A stretch of 64,000 bases of DNA from an uncultured Chloroflexia bacterium. Lineage in GTDB: Bacteria; Chloroflexota; Dehalococcoidia; DSTF01; JALHUB01. The notes below the pieces were generated by a model, which searched no databases, had not been told where the DNA came from, and saw nothing but the letters and a program-made list of their open reading frames with translations. Both the position numbers and the translations under genes were made by a program. Positions within the stretch are counted from its first letter, which is position 1; every line of letters begins with the position of its first letter. Shown here piece by piece: positions 27,843-37,976 of this stretch. The stretch lies in the NCBI GenBank assembly GCA_963703345.1, contig OY969814.1, positions 2,025,462 through 2,089,461 of the forward strand, given 5' to 3'.

Positions 27843-29573
27843 ATGCCACAACGAATGGCGCGGGTCTCCTGGCGACTCCTCTTGTTGGGGGCCATGTTCT
27901 GCGCCCTCAGCGTCTTCATCGTCGCCCGCCTCGCTCAACTCCAGATACTCAGCCACGGGCACTACGAAGTGGAGGCGCAGGACGAGCACATGGGCGTCGA
28001 CAAGGTGTTTCCTCCCCGCGGCGCCATCCTCGACCGGAACGGCTATCCCCTTGCGCTTACCCTGGACACATATGATATCTACATAAGTCGTCAAGTATGG
28101 CAGGACCAGCAGGTGGCGGCGACCGGGGCGGCGGCGCTTGCTTCGGCGCTGGGCAAGAAGCCGGAGGATATACGGTCGGCGCTTGGGTCGGAAAGCGAGG
28201 GCGACGTGCTCATCGCCGCCGACGTGGGCTACGACGCGGGGAAGAAGATCATCGAGATGGGCGTGCCCGGCGTGAAGGCGACACCAAGGATCCAGCGCTT
28301 CCATCCGGAAGGCGACCTGGCGTCGGCGCTGCTGGGCTTTGTCGGCCGGGATGAGACGGGGCTCAGCGGCCTGGAGGCTGACCTTCAGGACGAGCTGGGC
28401 GGGCAGCCCGGCACGCTCTATTACGAGCGCGACAGCATGGGCAATCCGATTCCCTTCGGCTACAGCCAGATGACGAAGTCGGAGCCGGCGTCGGACGTTC
28501 GGCTGACCATCGACCGCCGCGTCCAGCAGGCGGCGGAGCAGTCGCTGGACGAGGCGATCCAGAAGAACGACGCGTCGGGCGGGACAATCATTGTCATGGA
28601 GCCGAAGACAGGCGCGATTCTAGCAATGGCGAGCCGTCCCAGCTTCAAGCTGAGCCAGCTCGACCTGTCGAACGACAGCCAGATGGACCTCTACCGGAAC
28701 CGCGCCGTCACGGACCTCTACGAGCCGGGCTCCGTCATGAAGCTTGTAACAATGTCGGCGGCGGTGGACCAGGGGCTCGTTACGCCGAATACGACCTACG
28801 ACGACACCGGCACGGCGTACGTCGGCGGCTACACAATCCAGAACTGGGACTTCTCGGTCAACGGCACGACGACGATGACGCAGGTGCTGCAGAAAAGCCT
28901 CAACACCGGCGCCGTCTGGGTCAGCGGGCTCCTGGGGCCGGACCGGTTCTACCAGTACATCAGGCAGTTCGGTTTCGGCGCGCCAACCGGCGTCGGCCTG
29001 AGCGGCGAAGCGTCCGGCCAGGTGCGCGACAGCGAGTCGCCGGACTGGACCCAGTCCGACCTGGCGACGAACTCCTTCGGCCAGGGCATAAACGTCACGC
29101 CGCTGCAGATGATAACGGCCGTCGCGGCGATCGCCAACGGCGGCATGCTGATGAAGCCGTACATCGTGCAACAGGTCATCGGGCCCGACGGCGCCAAGAC
29201 AACCCAGCCCCAGCCGGTGCGGCAGGCGATCTCCGAGCAGACGGCCAGCACGCTGACGACGATGATGAACGACGTGGTGGAGGGTGTGCCCGGGAACCTG
29301 GCGAGGATTCAGGGTTATCACGTAGCGGGGAAGACCGGAACCGCCTATATTTCGGTGCCCGGCGGGTACGCGCCCGATAGGGTTATCACCTCCTTCATCG
29401 GCTTCGCCCCGGTGAGCGATCCACGGATGATCGTTCTGGTGAAGATCGATGAGCCGCAGGGAGCGCAACTTGGGGGCACTGTGGCAGCCCCCGTCTTCGC
29501 TGAACTGGCCCCGAAAATCCTCAGCTATCTTGGCGTTCCGCCCAACGCAGACGCGTTGGTGCAGGGCCAGTAG
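27843..29573 (+). CDS. ftsI: peptidoglycan D,D-transpeptidase (PBP2/FtsI-like)
   Basis: N-terminal TM helix, PBP dimerisation domain, SVMK (SxxK), SLN and KTGT transpeptidase motifs. Confidence 0.85.
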   Translation: MPQRMARVSWRLLLLGAMFCALSVFIVARLAQLQILSHGHYEVEAQDEHMGVDKVFPPRGAILDRNGYPLALTLDTYDIYISRQVWQDQQVAATGAAALASALGKKPEDIRSALGSESEGDVLIAADVGYDAGKKIIEMGVPGVKATPRIQRFHPEGDLASALLGFVGRDETGLSGLEADLQDELGGQPGTLYYERDSMGNPIPFGYSQMTKSEPASDVRLTIDRRVQQAAEQSLDEAIQKNDASGGTIIVMEPKTGAILAMASRPSFKLSQLDLSNDSQMDLYRNRAVTDLYEPGSVMKLVTMSAAVDQGLVTPNTTYDDTGTAYVGGYTIQNWDFSVNGTTTMTQVLQKSLNTGAVWVSGLLGPDRFYQYIRQFGFGAPTGVGLSGEASGQVRDSESPDWTQSDLATNSFGQGINVTPLQMITAVAAIANGGMLMKPYIVQQVIGPDGAKTTQPQPVRQAISEQTASTLTTMMNDVVEGVPGNLARIQGYHVAGKTGTAYISVPGGYAPDRVITSFIGFAPVSDPRMIVLVKIDEPQGAQLGGTVAAPVFAELAPKILSYLGVPPNADALVQGQ

Positions 29574-29587
29574 CGGTTGCATTTGCC

Positions 29588-30949
29588 ATGATCCGAGCGA
29601 GCGACCTCAGCGGCAGTCTCGGCTCTCTTCTACTGGACACGGTAGGAGAGCCGCCGGCCGGCTTCCGCCGCGCCGTTGTCGACTCACGCGAAGTGAGGCG
29701 CGGCGACCTGTTCGTCGCGCTGCCCGGCGAGCATCGGGACGGCCATGACTTCGTCGCCGACGCGCTTGACCGCGGGGCGGCGGGCGTCGTGGTACGGCGG
29801 GCGCCGCAGGAGCTTCCCGAGAGGACGGTCGCTTACGTCGTCGAGGACTGCCTGAAGGCGCTGCAGAGGATAGCAGCGGGACATCGGGCAGCGCTGCCGG
29901 TGAAAGTCATCGGCGTTACGGGAAGCGTGGGCAAGACGACGACGAAGGAGATCGCGGCCTTCGTCCTCGGCAAGCGATACCGGCTGGTGAAGAACGAGGC
30001 GAACTATAACAACGAGATCGGCCTGCCGCTGACGCTGCTGAAGCTGACGCCGCGGCACGAGCGGGCGGTGCTGGAGATGGGAATGTACGCGCCGGGAGAG
30101 ATCCGCCTTCTCTGCGAGCTGGCGCGGCCGGAGATCGGCCTGGTGACGAATGTCGGGCCGGTGCACCTGGAGCGAATGGGCAGTATTGAAGCGATAGCGG
30201 CGGCGAAGGCTGAGCTGGTGGAGGCGCTGCCTTCGGACGGCTTCGCGGTGCTCAACGGCGACGACCGGCGCGGGCGGGCGATGGCGAAGAGAACGAAGGC
30301 GCGGGTCGTCTATTTCGGCACCTCGGACGGTTGCGACGTACGAGGGAGCGATCTGGAGAGCAAGGGGCTGGAGGGCATTTCCTTCACGCTTGAGTATGGC
30401 GGCGAGCGTCTGCGCGTGCGGACGAGGCTTCCCGGTCGGCATCTGCTGCTGAATGCACTGGGCGCGACGGCGGTGGCATTGCTGGACGGGATGAGTTTGG
30501 GCGAGGTGGCACAGGCGCTCGCCGCCGCTCGCGTGCCGCTACGACTGCACGTGCACCGCGGCCGCAACGACTCGACGATCCTCGACGACACGTACAACGC
30601 CAGCCCTGCTTCGATGATGGCGGCGCTGGAGCTCCTGGCTGACCTTCCGGGACGTCGGATAGCGGTTCTGGGGGACATGCGGGAGCTGGGCGCCGAGGAG
30701 CAGGAAGGGCACCGGCTCGTTGGGCGGGAGGCGGCGCGCGTGGCGCAGGTGATCTACGCCGTCGGCGATCTGGGGCATCTCATCGGCGAGGAGGCGAAAC
30801 GCGCCGGACATCCGGCGGTGAGCCTGTGGCCGTCGAAGGAGGAGGCAGCGCGACGGCTGGCGTCGGAACTGCGCGTTGGCGACGTCGTGCTGCTGAAGGC
30901 GTCGCGGGCGATGGCGCTGGAGACGATCCTGCCGGAGCTGAAGGGCTGA
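29588..30949 (+). CDS. murF: UDP-N-acetylmuramoyl-tripeptide--D-alanyl-D-alanine ligase
   Basis: GVTGSVGKTTTKE P-loop, Mur ligase middle and C-terminal domains. Confidence 0.85.
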   Translation: MIRASDLSGSLGSLLLDTVGEPPAGFRRAVVDSREVRRGDLFVALPGEHRDGHDFVADALDRGAAGVVVRRAPQELPERTVAYVVEDCLKALQRIAAGHRAALPVKVIGVTGSVGKTTTKEIAAFVLGKRYRLVKNEANYNNEIGLPLTLLKLTPRHERAVLEMGMYAPGEIRLLCELARPEIGLVTNVGPVHLERMGSIEAIAAAKAELVEALPSDGFAVLNGDDRRGRAMAKRTKARVVYFGTSDGCDVRGSDLESKGLEGISFTLEYGGERLRVRTRLPGRHLLLNALGATAVALLDGMSLGEVAQALAAARVPLRLHVHRGRNDSTILDDTYNASPASMMAALELLADLPGRRIAVLGDMRELGAEEQEGHRLVGREAARVAQVIYAVGDLGHLIGEEAKRAGHPAVSLWPSKEEAARRLASELRVGDVVLLKASRAMALETILPELKG

Positions 30950-30950
30950 C

Positions 30951-31916
30951 ATGGTCTACGCACTCTTCGTCGGGACGGCAGCCTTCCTGGTCTCGATTAC
31001 TTCCGGGCACTGGGTAGTCAACTATCTGCAGGCGCGCGGCCTGGGCAAGCAGATATCGGCGGACGCGCCGGCGTCGCATGCGGTGAAGGCCGGCACGCCG
31101 ACGATGGGCGGCGTTCTCATCTTCGGCACCGTCTTTCTGATCACGGCGCCGACGAACCTCTTCGACAAGCGTTCGATCTTCCTGCCCCTGGGGATAATCG
31201 TCGCCACCGGCAGTCTGGGGATGATCGACGACTTCTTGACGATTGAGGGCCGGGCGATGGGGCGGCCGGGCCTGAACAAACGGTTGAAGACGGGGCTGCT
31301 GGTAGCCCTGGGGCTGACGGCGGCGCTGATCCTCTACTTCGGCCTGGAGGCGCGGAGCATCAACGTCCCGTGGATGGGCAAGCATGAGATAGGGCTGCTG
31401 TACATCCCGGTCGCTGTGGGCGTATTCCTGGCTACAACGAGCGCGGTGGCTGTGACCGACGGGCTGGACGCTCTGGCCGGCGGGACAACCGCGCTGGCGT
31501 TTGCCGTGTATGGCGTCATTGCCTTCCTCCAGGACCAGACGTTCCTGGCGACGTTCTGCCTGACGGTCGTCGGTGCGACGCTGGGCTTCGTCTGGTACAA
31601 CGCCCATCCGGCGCGCGTCTTCATGGGAGACACCGGCGCGCTAGCGCTGGGCTCGACGCTGGCGGTGGTGTCGCTGATGACCGGCTGGTGGCTGATCCTG
31701 CCGGTGGTCGGCGTGGTCTTCTTCATGGAAGGCCTGTCAACGGCGATCCAGATCGCCTATTTCCGGGTGACCGGTGGCCGGCGAATCTTCAAAATGACGC
31801 CTCTGCACCATCATTTCGAGCTTTCGGGCTGGTCGGAGCCACAAATTGTCACAAGATTCTGGCTAATTGGCATGGCTGGAGGCCTTTTGGGTATAGCGCT
31901 AGCCTTGACAGATTAG
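30951..31916 (+). CDS. mraY: phospho-N-acetylmuramoyl-pentapeptide transferase
   Basis: Ten-TM protein with DDxxD-like MIDDF and VFMGDTGALALG motifs. Confidence 0.9.
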   Translation: MVYALFVGTAAFLVSITSGHWVVNYLQARGLGKQISADAPASHAVKAGTPTMGGVLIFGTVFLITAPTNLFDKRSIFLPLGIIVATGSLGMIDDFLTIEGRAMGRPGLNKRLKTGLLVALGLTAALILYFGLEARSINVPWMGKHEIGLLYIPVAVGVFLATTSAVAVTDGLDALAGGTTALAFAVYGVIAFLQDQTFLATFCLTVVGATLGFVWYNAHPARVFMGDTGALALGSTLAVVSLMTGWWLILPVVGVVFFMEGLSTAIQIAYFRVTGGRRIFKMTPLHHHFELSGWSEPQIVTRFWLIGMAGGLLGIALALTD

Positions 31917-31926
31917 CTAAAATGCT

Positions 31927-33333
31927 ATGACGCATAAACAAGACTTCCAGGGCAAGCGGGTGACGGTGGTGGGGTTAGGCATCGAGGGCGTTGACTTGGC
32001 GCGCTACTTGGTGGGCAAGGGTGCGACCGTCACGATTAGCGACGCCCGTCCGGCGGAGCGGCTGTCGCAACATCTGCGAGAGCTGGACGGGTTGCCGGTG
32101 CGCCTCTCTCTCGGAAAAAACGACCCGGCAGACACGATCGCGGCCGATCACGTCTTCGTCTCGCAAGGGGTTCCCATGGACATTCCAGCGCTGTCGGCGG
32201 CGCGCGAGCGAGGCGTCCCGCTCGACTCGATGATGCGGCTGTTCCTGAACCTCTGCGCCGGGCCGGTTGTCGGCATCACGGGGAGCAGCGGCAAAAGCAC
32301 CACGACGAGCCTGGTTGACGCGATGTTCGCGGCGGCCAGCAAGAGGCACGTGGTCGGCGGGAACATCGGCGTCGGCCTGCTATCGCTTCTCGATGAGATC
32401 ACGCCGGAGACGTGGGTGGTGCTGGAGGTCAGCCACACGCAGTTGGAGCTGACGACGAAGAGCCCGCACGTGGCCTGTGTGCTGAACGTGACGCCGAATC
32501 ACCTCGACCGCTACTCCTGGGAGAGCTACGTAGACCTCAAGCGCAACATCCTGCGCTATCAGACAGCGGACGACGTCGCGGTCCTCGGCTATGACAACGC
32601 GGTCTCGCGGGCGCTGGCATCGGAGGCACGCGGGAAGGTGGTCTTCTTCAGCGATGGGGCGGACCTTCCGGGGCCGGCGGCGCTCGCCATCGACGACGCG
32701 CTGGTGTGGCGAGACGGCGGGTCGGACAAGGCGGTCCTACCGCTAGCGGCGATTCCGCTGCGAGGGCGGCACAACGTTTCCAACGTTCTCGCGGCAACGG
32801 CGGTGGCCTCGTCCTGCGGCATCGGAGTCGATGCGATTGCAGCGGCGGTGCGCAACTTCAAGGCGGTGCCGCATCGGCTGGAGTACGTCGCCAGCATCGA
32901 CGGCGTGGCCTATTACAACGACAGCATCGCGACGACGCCGGAACGGACGCTGGCCGGGATGCGCTCGTTCTCGGAGCCGCTGGTGCTGCTGCTGGGCGGT
33001 CGCGAGAAGAAGCTCCCGCTCGCGGAGATGGCGTCGGAGGCCTGCGAGCGCTGTCGCGCGATTGTGGTGTTCGGTGAGGCGAGAGAGACGCTCGTCGCGG
33101 CCGCCTTGGCGGCAAGCGACGCTGTTGGGTCGAAGGAGCGACCTGCAATCGAGACCGTCGAATTGCTGGCGGACGCTGTTGAGGCCGCCAAGGCGGCCGC
33201 GCGACCCGGCGATGTGGTACTGCTTTCGCCGGCCTGCACCAGCTTCGATGCTTATGACAACTTCGAGGAGCGCGGGAAGCATTTCCGTCGCCTCGTTCTG
33301 GAGATGGCGCGTCGAGAAGGAGGCCCACCATAG
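31927..33333 (+). CDS. murD: UDP-N-acetylmuramoylalanine--D-glutamate ligase
   Basis: VVGLGIEG Rossmann N-terminus, GITGSSGKSTTTSL P-loop. Confidence 0.85.
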   Translation: MTHKQDFQGKRVTVVGLGIEGVDLARYLVGKGATVTISDARPAERLSQHLRELDGLPVRLSLGKNDPADTIAADHVFVSQGVPMDIPALSAARERGVPLDSMMRLFLNLCAGPVVGITGSSGKSTTTSLVDAMFAAASKRHVVGGNIGVGLLSLLDEITPETWVVLEVSHTQLELTTKSPHVACVLNVTPNHLDRYSWESYVDLKRNILRYQTADDVAVLGYDNAVSRALASEARGKVVFFSDGADLPGPAALAIDDALVWRDGGSDKAVLPLAAIPLRGRHNVSNVLAATAVASSCGIGVDAIAAAVRNFKAVPHRLEYVASIDGVAYYNDSIATTPERTLAGMRSFSEPLVLLLGGREKKLPLAEMASEACERCRAIVVFGEARETLVAAALAASDAVGSKERPAIETVELLADAVEAAKAAARPGDVVLLSPACTSFDAYDNFEERGKHFRRLVLEMARREGGPP

Positions 33334-33377
33334 CAGCCTCTGAGACGACCCGCGTCCGGCCGGGACCGCCCGATGCC

Positions 33378-34520
33378 GTGGTCCTGACGCTCGTTGTGAT
33401 GCTTGTCACCGTCGGGGTGCTTGCCGTCTACAGCGCCAGCTTCGCGCTCGGCAGTCTGGAGTACGGCAGCCCGTATTACTTCGTGGCGCGGCAGACCATG
33501 TGGGCGGTCGTCGGCACCGGCATGCTCGTCTTCCTGATGCGCTTCGACTACCACCGCCTGCGCGCGATCAGCCCGCTTCTCATGTTCGGCGCGCTCGTCG
33601 GGCTAACGGCGGTGCTGACGCCGGGCATCGGCGTGAACCACAACGGCGCCAGTCGCTGGATCGCGATGGGGCCGCTTCCGCCCGTCCAGCCGAGCGAGTT
33701 CGCCAAGCTGGCGCTGATCATCTACGTCTCGGCCTGGCTTTCGGGCAAGAGCCGCAACCTGCGCAGCTTTGCCGCCGGGCTCGTGCCGTTCGTCGTCATG
33801 GTCGGTCTCGTCGCGGGCCTCGTGATGCTGGAACCGGACATGGGCACCACCATAATCATCGTCCTGACCACTCTGACGCTCTTCTTCGTCGCCGGCGGCG
33901 CGCTAAGCCACCTGTTCGCGCTCACGTCCATCGGCGGCGTGACCGCGGCCTTCCTCGTCGTGACCGGCGGCTACCGGATGGACCGCATCTTCGCCTTCGT
34001 CTCGCCGGAAGCGGACCCCGCGGGCAAGGGGTTCCACATTCTGCAACTGCTCATCGCGTTGGGCAGCGGCGGTGTGACCGGCCTTGGCATAGGGGCCAGC
34101 CGCCAGAAATTCTTCTATGTCCCCGGCGCCCACACCGACGGCATCTTCGCCATCATCGGCGAGGAGATGGGGTTCATCGGCGCCATGGCGGTCATCCTGC
34201 TGTTCGCGCTGCTGGTGTACCGGGGAATCCGCATCATGCTCAGTGCGCCGGACAACTTCGGCTCGCTGCTGGCGCTCGGCGTGACGAGCTGGATCGCCTA
34301 CCAGGCGGTCATCAACATCGGCGGCATAACGCGGAGCATGCCGCTAACGGGAATACCGCTGCCGTTCGTGAGCTACGGCGGCTCGGCGCTGGCGGCGACG
34401 ATGGCGGCGGTCGGCATACTACTGAGCATATCGCGCTATTCGAAAGCACGCGTCGCGGTGAGGGAACGCCGGCCCGTCCCGAAAACGATGAGGCGCCGCC
34501 TTCGAGAGGAAGGAACTTGA
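33378..34520 (+). CDS. ftsW: peptidoglycan glycosyltransferase FtsW (SEDS family)
   Basis: SEDS-family multi-TM protein with conserved PSEFAKLALIIY and C-terminal GGSALAA motifs; GTG start. Confidence 0.85.
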   Translation: MVLTLVVMLVTVGVLAVYSASFALGSLEYGSPYYFVARQTMWAVVGTGMLVFLMRFDYHRLRAISPLLMFGALVGLTAVLTPGIGVNHNGASRWIAMGPLPPVQPSEFAKLALIIYVSAWLSGKSRNLRSFAAGLVPFVVMVGLVAGLVMLEPDMGTTIIIVLTTLTLFFVAGGALSHLFALTSIGGVTAAFLVVTGGYRMDRIFAFVSPEADPAGKGFHILQLLIALGSGGVTGLGIGASRQKFFYVPGAHTDGIFAIIGEEMGFIGAMAVILLFALLVYRGIRIMLSAPDNFGSLLALGVTSWIAYQAVINIGGITRSMPLTGIPLPFVSYGGSALAATMAAVGILLSISRYSKARVAVRERRPVPKTMRRRLREEGT

Positions 34521-34522
34521 GG

Positions 34523-35608
34523 GTGGCTCTTTCCGGCGGCGGCACAGCGGGACACGTTTACCCCTGTCTGGCGGTGGCATCTGCCCTGCGACAGCGACTA
34601 GCGTCGCGCGACGAGCCGCTTTCGCTGCTCTATCTCGGGATTCGCGGCCGCGTCGACGAGCAGTTGCTGGCGGGAGAGGGCATCGAGTTCCAGCCGGTCC
34701 GAGCCGGTGCCCTGCGCGTGCGCTCTCCGCTTCGCTTTGCCGGCGGTCTTGTCGACCTGGCGCTCGGCGCCTGGCAGGCGCGACGCCTCTTGCGCCGCTT
34801 CCAGCCGCAGGCCGTCTTCGCGACGGGCGGCTACGCAAGCGCTCCCGTCGCGCTCGCTGCTCGCAGCCTGCGAAAGCCGTTGCTCGTCTACCTGCCAGAC
34901 GTCCGCCCCGGCTGGGCGGTGCGCATGATGGCGCGCCTGGCGAATCGCGTGGCGGTTACGGCGGAAAGCTCGCTGCCCTACCTGCCGCGGCGAAAAGCGG
35001 TCGTCACCGGCTATCCGGCGCGATCAGACTTCCTGACGGCGGAGAGAGAAGAGGGACGTCGCCGGCTGGACCTGGAGCCGTCGACCAGGACGCTTTTGGT
35101 TAGCGGCGGCAGCCTGGGCGCGCGCGCGCTCAACATTGCCGTCGCCGAGAAGCTCCCGTCGCTATTGGACTTATGTCAAATCATTCATCTGTCCGGCGCT
35201 GCGGATTTCGACTGGCTGAAGCAGCGTCGCGACGATCTCCCGGACGAGCTGCGAAGCCGGCATCACCTGCACGCCTATCTGCCGGAGATGCCCTGGGCGA
35301 TGGCCGCCGCGGACCTCGCACTCATGCGCGCCGGCGCCAGCACCCTGGGCGAGTTGCCGCTTGCCGGCCTCCCGGCGGTGTTGGTCCCGGGCGCCTTCTC
35401 CGACCAGGCGGACAACGCCCGCCATCTGGCCGAACGCGGCGCGGCCCTGGTCTTTCCGGACGAACGGGTCGCGGAGGCGGTCGAAGCGGTCAAGGAGTTG
35501 CTGCAGGATGACGCACGGCTGAAAGCGATGTCGGAGGCGATGCGGGCGCTGGCCCAGCCCGACGCGGCCGACCGCATCGCCGGCATGCTAATGGAAATCG
35601 CGGCGTAA
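34523..35608 (+). CDS. murG: UDP-N-acetylglucosamine--N-acetylmuramyl-(pentapeptide) pyrophosphoryl-undecaprenol GlcNAc transferase
   Basis: LSGGGTAGHVYP N-terminus; GAxTxxE-like C-terminal motif; GTG start after GAGAGGAAGGAAC RBS (TTG at 34517 also possible). Confidence 0.85.
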   Translation: MALSGGGTAGHVYPCLAVASALRQRLASRDEPLSLLYLGIRGRVDEQLLAGEGIEFQPVRAGALRVRSPLRFAGGLVDLALGAWQARRLLRRFQPQAVFATGGYASAPVALAARSLRKPLLVYLPDVRPGWAVRMMARLANRVAVTAESSLPYLPRRKAVVTGYPARSDFLTAEREEGRRRLDLEPSTRTLLVSGGSLGARALNIAVAEKLPSLLDLCQIIHLSGAADFDWLKQRRDDLPDELRSRHHLHAYLPEMPWAMAAADLALMRAGASTLGELPLAGLPAVLVPGAFSDQADNARHLAERGAALVFPDERVAEAVEAVKELLQDDARLKAMSEAMRALAQPDAADRIAGMLMEIAA

Positions 35609-35610
35609 GA

Positions 35611-37044
35611 ATGACGACGATGACGCAGGAAGAGCGAGGCGCAAAGACGATACCACAGCGGGTCCATCTTGTCGGCATCGGCGGCGTGCACATGTCGGCG
35701 ATTGCTCACATTCTGATGGCCTGGGGCCACGAGGTCAGCGGCTCCGACCAGCGTCTCTCGTCGTTCACGGACCGCCTCGTCAAGCAGGGAGCGACGGTAT
35801 CTCGAGGCCACGACGCGGCGAACGTGGATGAGGCCGGGCTGGTCGTCGTCACCTCCGCGGCGACGAAAGAGAACCCGGAGATACTGGAGGCGCGGCGTCG
35901 CGGGATTCCCGTGATTAAGCGCGCCGACATGGTCGCGCGGTTGATGGAGGGGCATCGTTCGATAGCGGTGGCGGGAACGCACGGCAAGACGACGACCTCC
36001 GCGCTCATCGCCTTCATGCTCGTCGAAGCCGGGCTTTCGCCGACGTTCCTTGTCGGCGGCGACATCGTCAACCTGGGCACGAACGCCGCCGCCGGAGAGG
36101 GCGAGCACGTCGTCGTCGAAGCGGACGAGTTCGACGCCGCCTTCCTTAGCTACGAACCGGACATCGCCGTCATTACGAACGTCGAGGCCGATCACCTGGA
36201 CGTCTACGGCTCGTTCGACAACCTGGTGGGCGCCTTTGCCCAGTTCCTCAAACAGGTGCCGCCGGGTGGCCTGATCATCGCCTGCGCGGACGACCCCGTC
36301 GTCGCCGAGCTGCTGGAGCGCGGCAAAGGCCCCGGTGTTCAACTCCAGACACGGCAGGTGGAGCTTTACGGGCTGGATACGCCGGTGGACTGGGTGGTCA
36401 GTCACCGCGGAAAGCTGGAAGACGGCGGCCAGGAGTTCTACGTCGGGCTGAACGGCCGGCCGTACGGCGAGTTCCGCATCGGGCTGCCGGGCCGGCACAA
36501 CGTGAGCAACGCGCTGGCAGCGATAGCCGTCGGACACCACGTCGGCGTGCCGATGGAGGCGATGAAGAAGGCGCTGGCGGAGTTCCGCGGCGCCGGCCGT
36601 CGCTTCGAACTCGTCGGCGAGGCGGGCGGCGTAACGGTGATGGACGACTACGCGCACCACCCGACGGAGCTGTGCGCGACCATCGCGGCCGCAAGCGAGC
36701 GCTTCGCCGGGCGACGGTTGGTCGCCGTGTTTCAACCGCACACCTACAGTCGCACGCTCTACCTTCTCGAAGGCTTTCGCACCTGTTTCGAAGGGCTGGA
36801 TGCGCTGCTTGTCCTGGAAACGTACGCCGCGCGCGAGCCGGTGGCGGCCGGCATGAGCGCCGAAGAGCTGGTGCGGCAGATCGCCTTCCCCGCGGCGCGC
36901 TTTGTCGCGACGTTCGAGGACGCGGCGGCAGCGGCGCTTGAGATGCTGCGGCCCGGCGACGTGTTCTTCACGCTGGGCGCGGGGGACGTGAACGAAGTGG
37001 GGCCGCTGGTCCTGGAGGGTCTACGCAAATGGAAGGCGTCATGA
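35611..37044 (+). CDS. murC: UDP-N-acetylmuramate--L-alanine ligase
   Basis: VHLVGIGGVHMSAIA, AGTHGKTTTSAL P-loop. Confidence 0.9.
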   Translation: MTTMTQEERGAKTIPQRVHLVGIGGVHMSAIAHILMAWGHEVSGSDQRLSSFTDRLVKQGATVSRGHDAANVDEAGLVVVTSAATKENPEILEARRRGIPVIKRADMVARLMEGHRSIAVAGTHGKTTTSALIAFMLVEAGLSPTFLVGGDIVNLGTNAAAGEGEHVVVEADEFDAAFLSYEPDIAVITNVEADHLDVYGSFDNLVGAFAQFLKQVPPGGLIIACADDPVVAELLERGKGPGVQLQTRQVELYGLDTPVDWVVSHRGKLEDGGQEFYVGLNGRPYGEFRIGLPGRHNVSNALAAIAVGHHVGVPMEAMKKALAEFRGAGRRFELVGEAGGVTVMDDYAHHPTELCATIAAASERFAGRRLVAVFQPHTYSRTLYLLEGFRTCFEGLDALLVLETYAAREPVAAGMSAEELVRQIAFPAARFVATFEDAAAAALEMLRPGDVFFTLGAGDVNEVGPLVLEGLRKWKAS

Positions 37045-37976
37045 CGGGCATAAACGAGAAGCTGGTCGAAGAGCTGCGGAAGGTCGGCGGCGTGCGGCTG
37101 AACGAGCCGGTCTCGCGCCACACTACGTTCGGGATCGGCGGACCGGCGGACGTCTACGTCATCGCCGACGACGCGACGCAGCTAAGAACGCTGGTCACCC
37201 TTTGCGGCAGCCATGGCGAGCCTTTCTTCGTCCTCGGCGCCGGCAGCAACATCCTCGTCAGCGACAAGGGCATCCGCGGCGTGACAATCGAGAACCGGGC
37301 GCGGGCGCTGGAAGGTCCGCTGGAGGCGGATGACAGCCGGGTCATCTTCCGCATTGAATCGGGCGCCAGTCTGGCGGCGACGGCGCGAGACCTTTCGCAT
37401 CGAGGCTACGCCGGGCTGGAGTGGGCCAGCGGCATTCCCGGGACAATCGGCGGCGCGGTGGTCTACAACGCCAGCGCCTACGACGGCAGCATGGCGGCGA
37501 TTCTACAAGGCATCGGGATGCTGAGCGGCGACGGCCTGGAGTATGAGCTGGCGGTAGCGGAGCTGGGCCTGGGCTACCGGGAAAGCGCCTTCACCCGCAA
37601 GCTGTTCACCGGTCACGTGATCCTCCGCGCGAGCCTGTTGCTGCGTCGGTCTGACGCCCGCGAGCTTTCGGAGCGGATGGAGGAGCTGGACAGGAACCGT
37701 CAGGCCGCACAGCCGCGCGGGCGGAGCGCCGGCTCCATATTCAAGAACACGCGCGAGTATCCCGCCTGGTGGCTCATCGACCAGGTGGGGCTTCGCGGCT
37801 ATCGCATCGGCGACGCGGAGTTCTCGACGAAGCACCCGAACTTCATCGTCAACGTCGGTCGGGCTACGGCCAAGGATGTCCGGCAGCTCATGGAGCTGGC
37901 CGAGAGAAGGGTGGCCGATGAGTTCTCGATCAAGCTGTTGCCGGAGGTGGCGTTCGTGGGAGAGGACCCGGCGTGA
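37029..37976 (+). CDS. murB: UDP-N-acetylenolpyruvoylglucosamine reductase
   Basis: FAD-binding PCMH domain (TTFGIGGPADV...VLGAGSNILVSD); alternative ATG at 37041. Confidence 0.85.
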   Translation: MEGVMTGINEKLVEELRKVGGVRLNEPVSRHTTFGIGGPADVYVIADDATQLRTLVTLCGSHGEPFFVLGAGSNILVSDKGIRGVTIENRARALEGPLEADDSRVIFRIESGASLAATARDLSHRGYAGLEWASGIPGTIGGAVVYNASAYDGSMAAILQGIGMLSGDGLEYELAVAELGLGYRESAFTRKLFTGHVILRASLLLRRSDARELSERMEELDRNRQAAQPRGRSAGSIFKNTREYPAWWLIDQVGLRGYRIGDAEFSTKHPNFIVNVGRATAKDVRQLMELAERRVADEFSIKLLPEVAFVGEDPA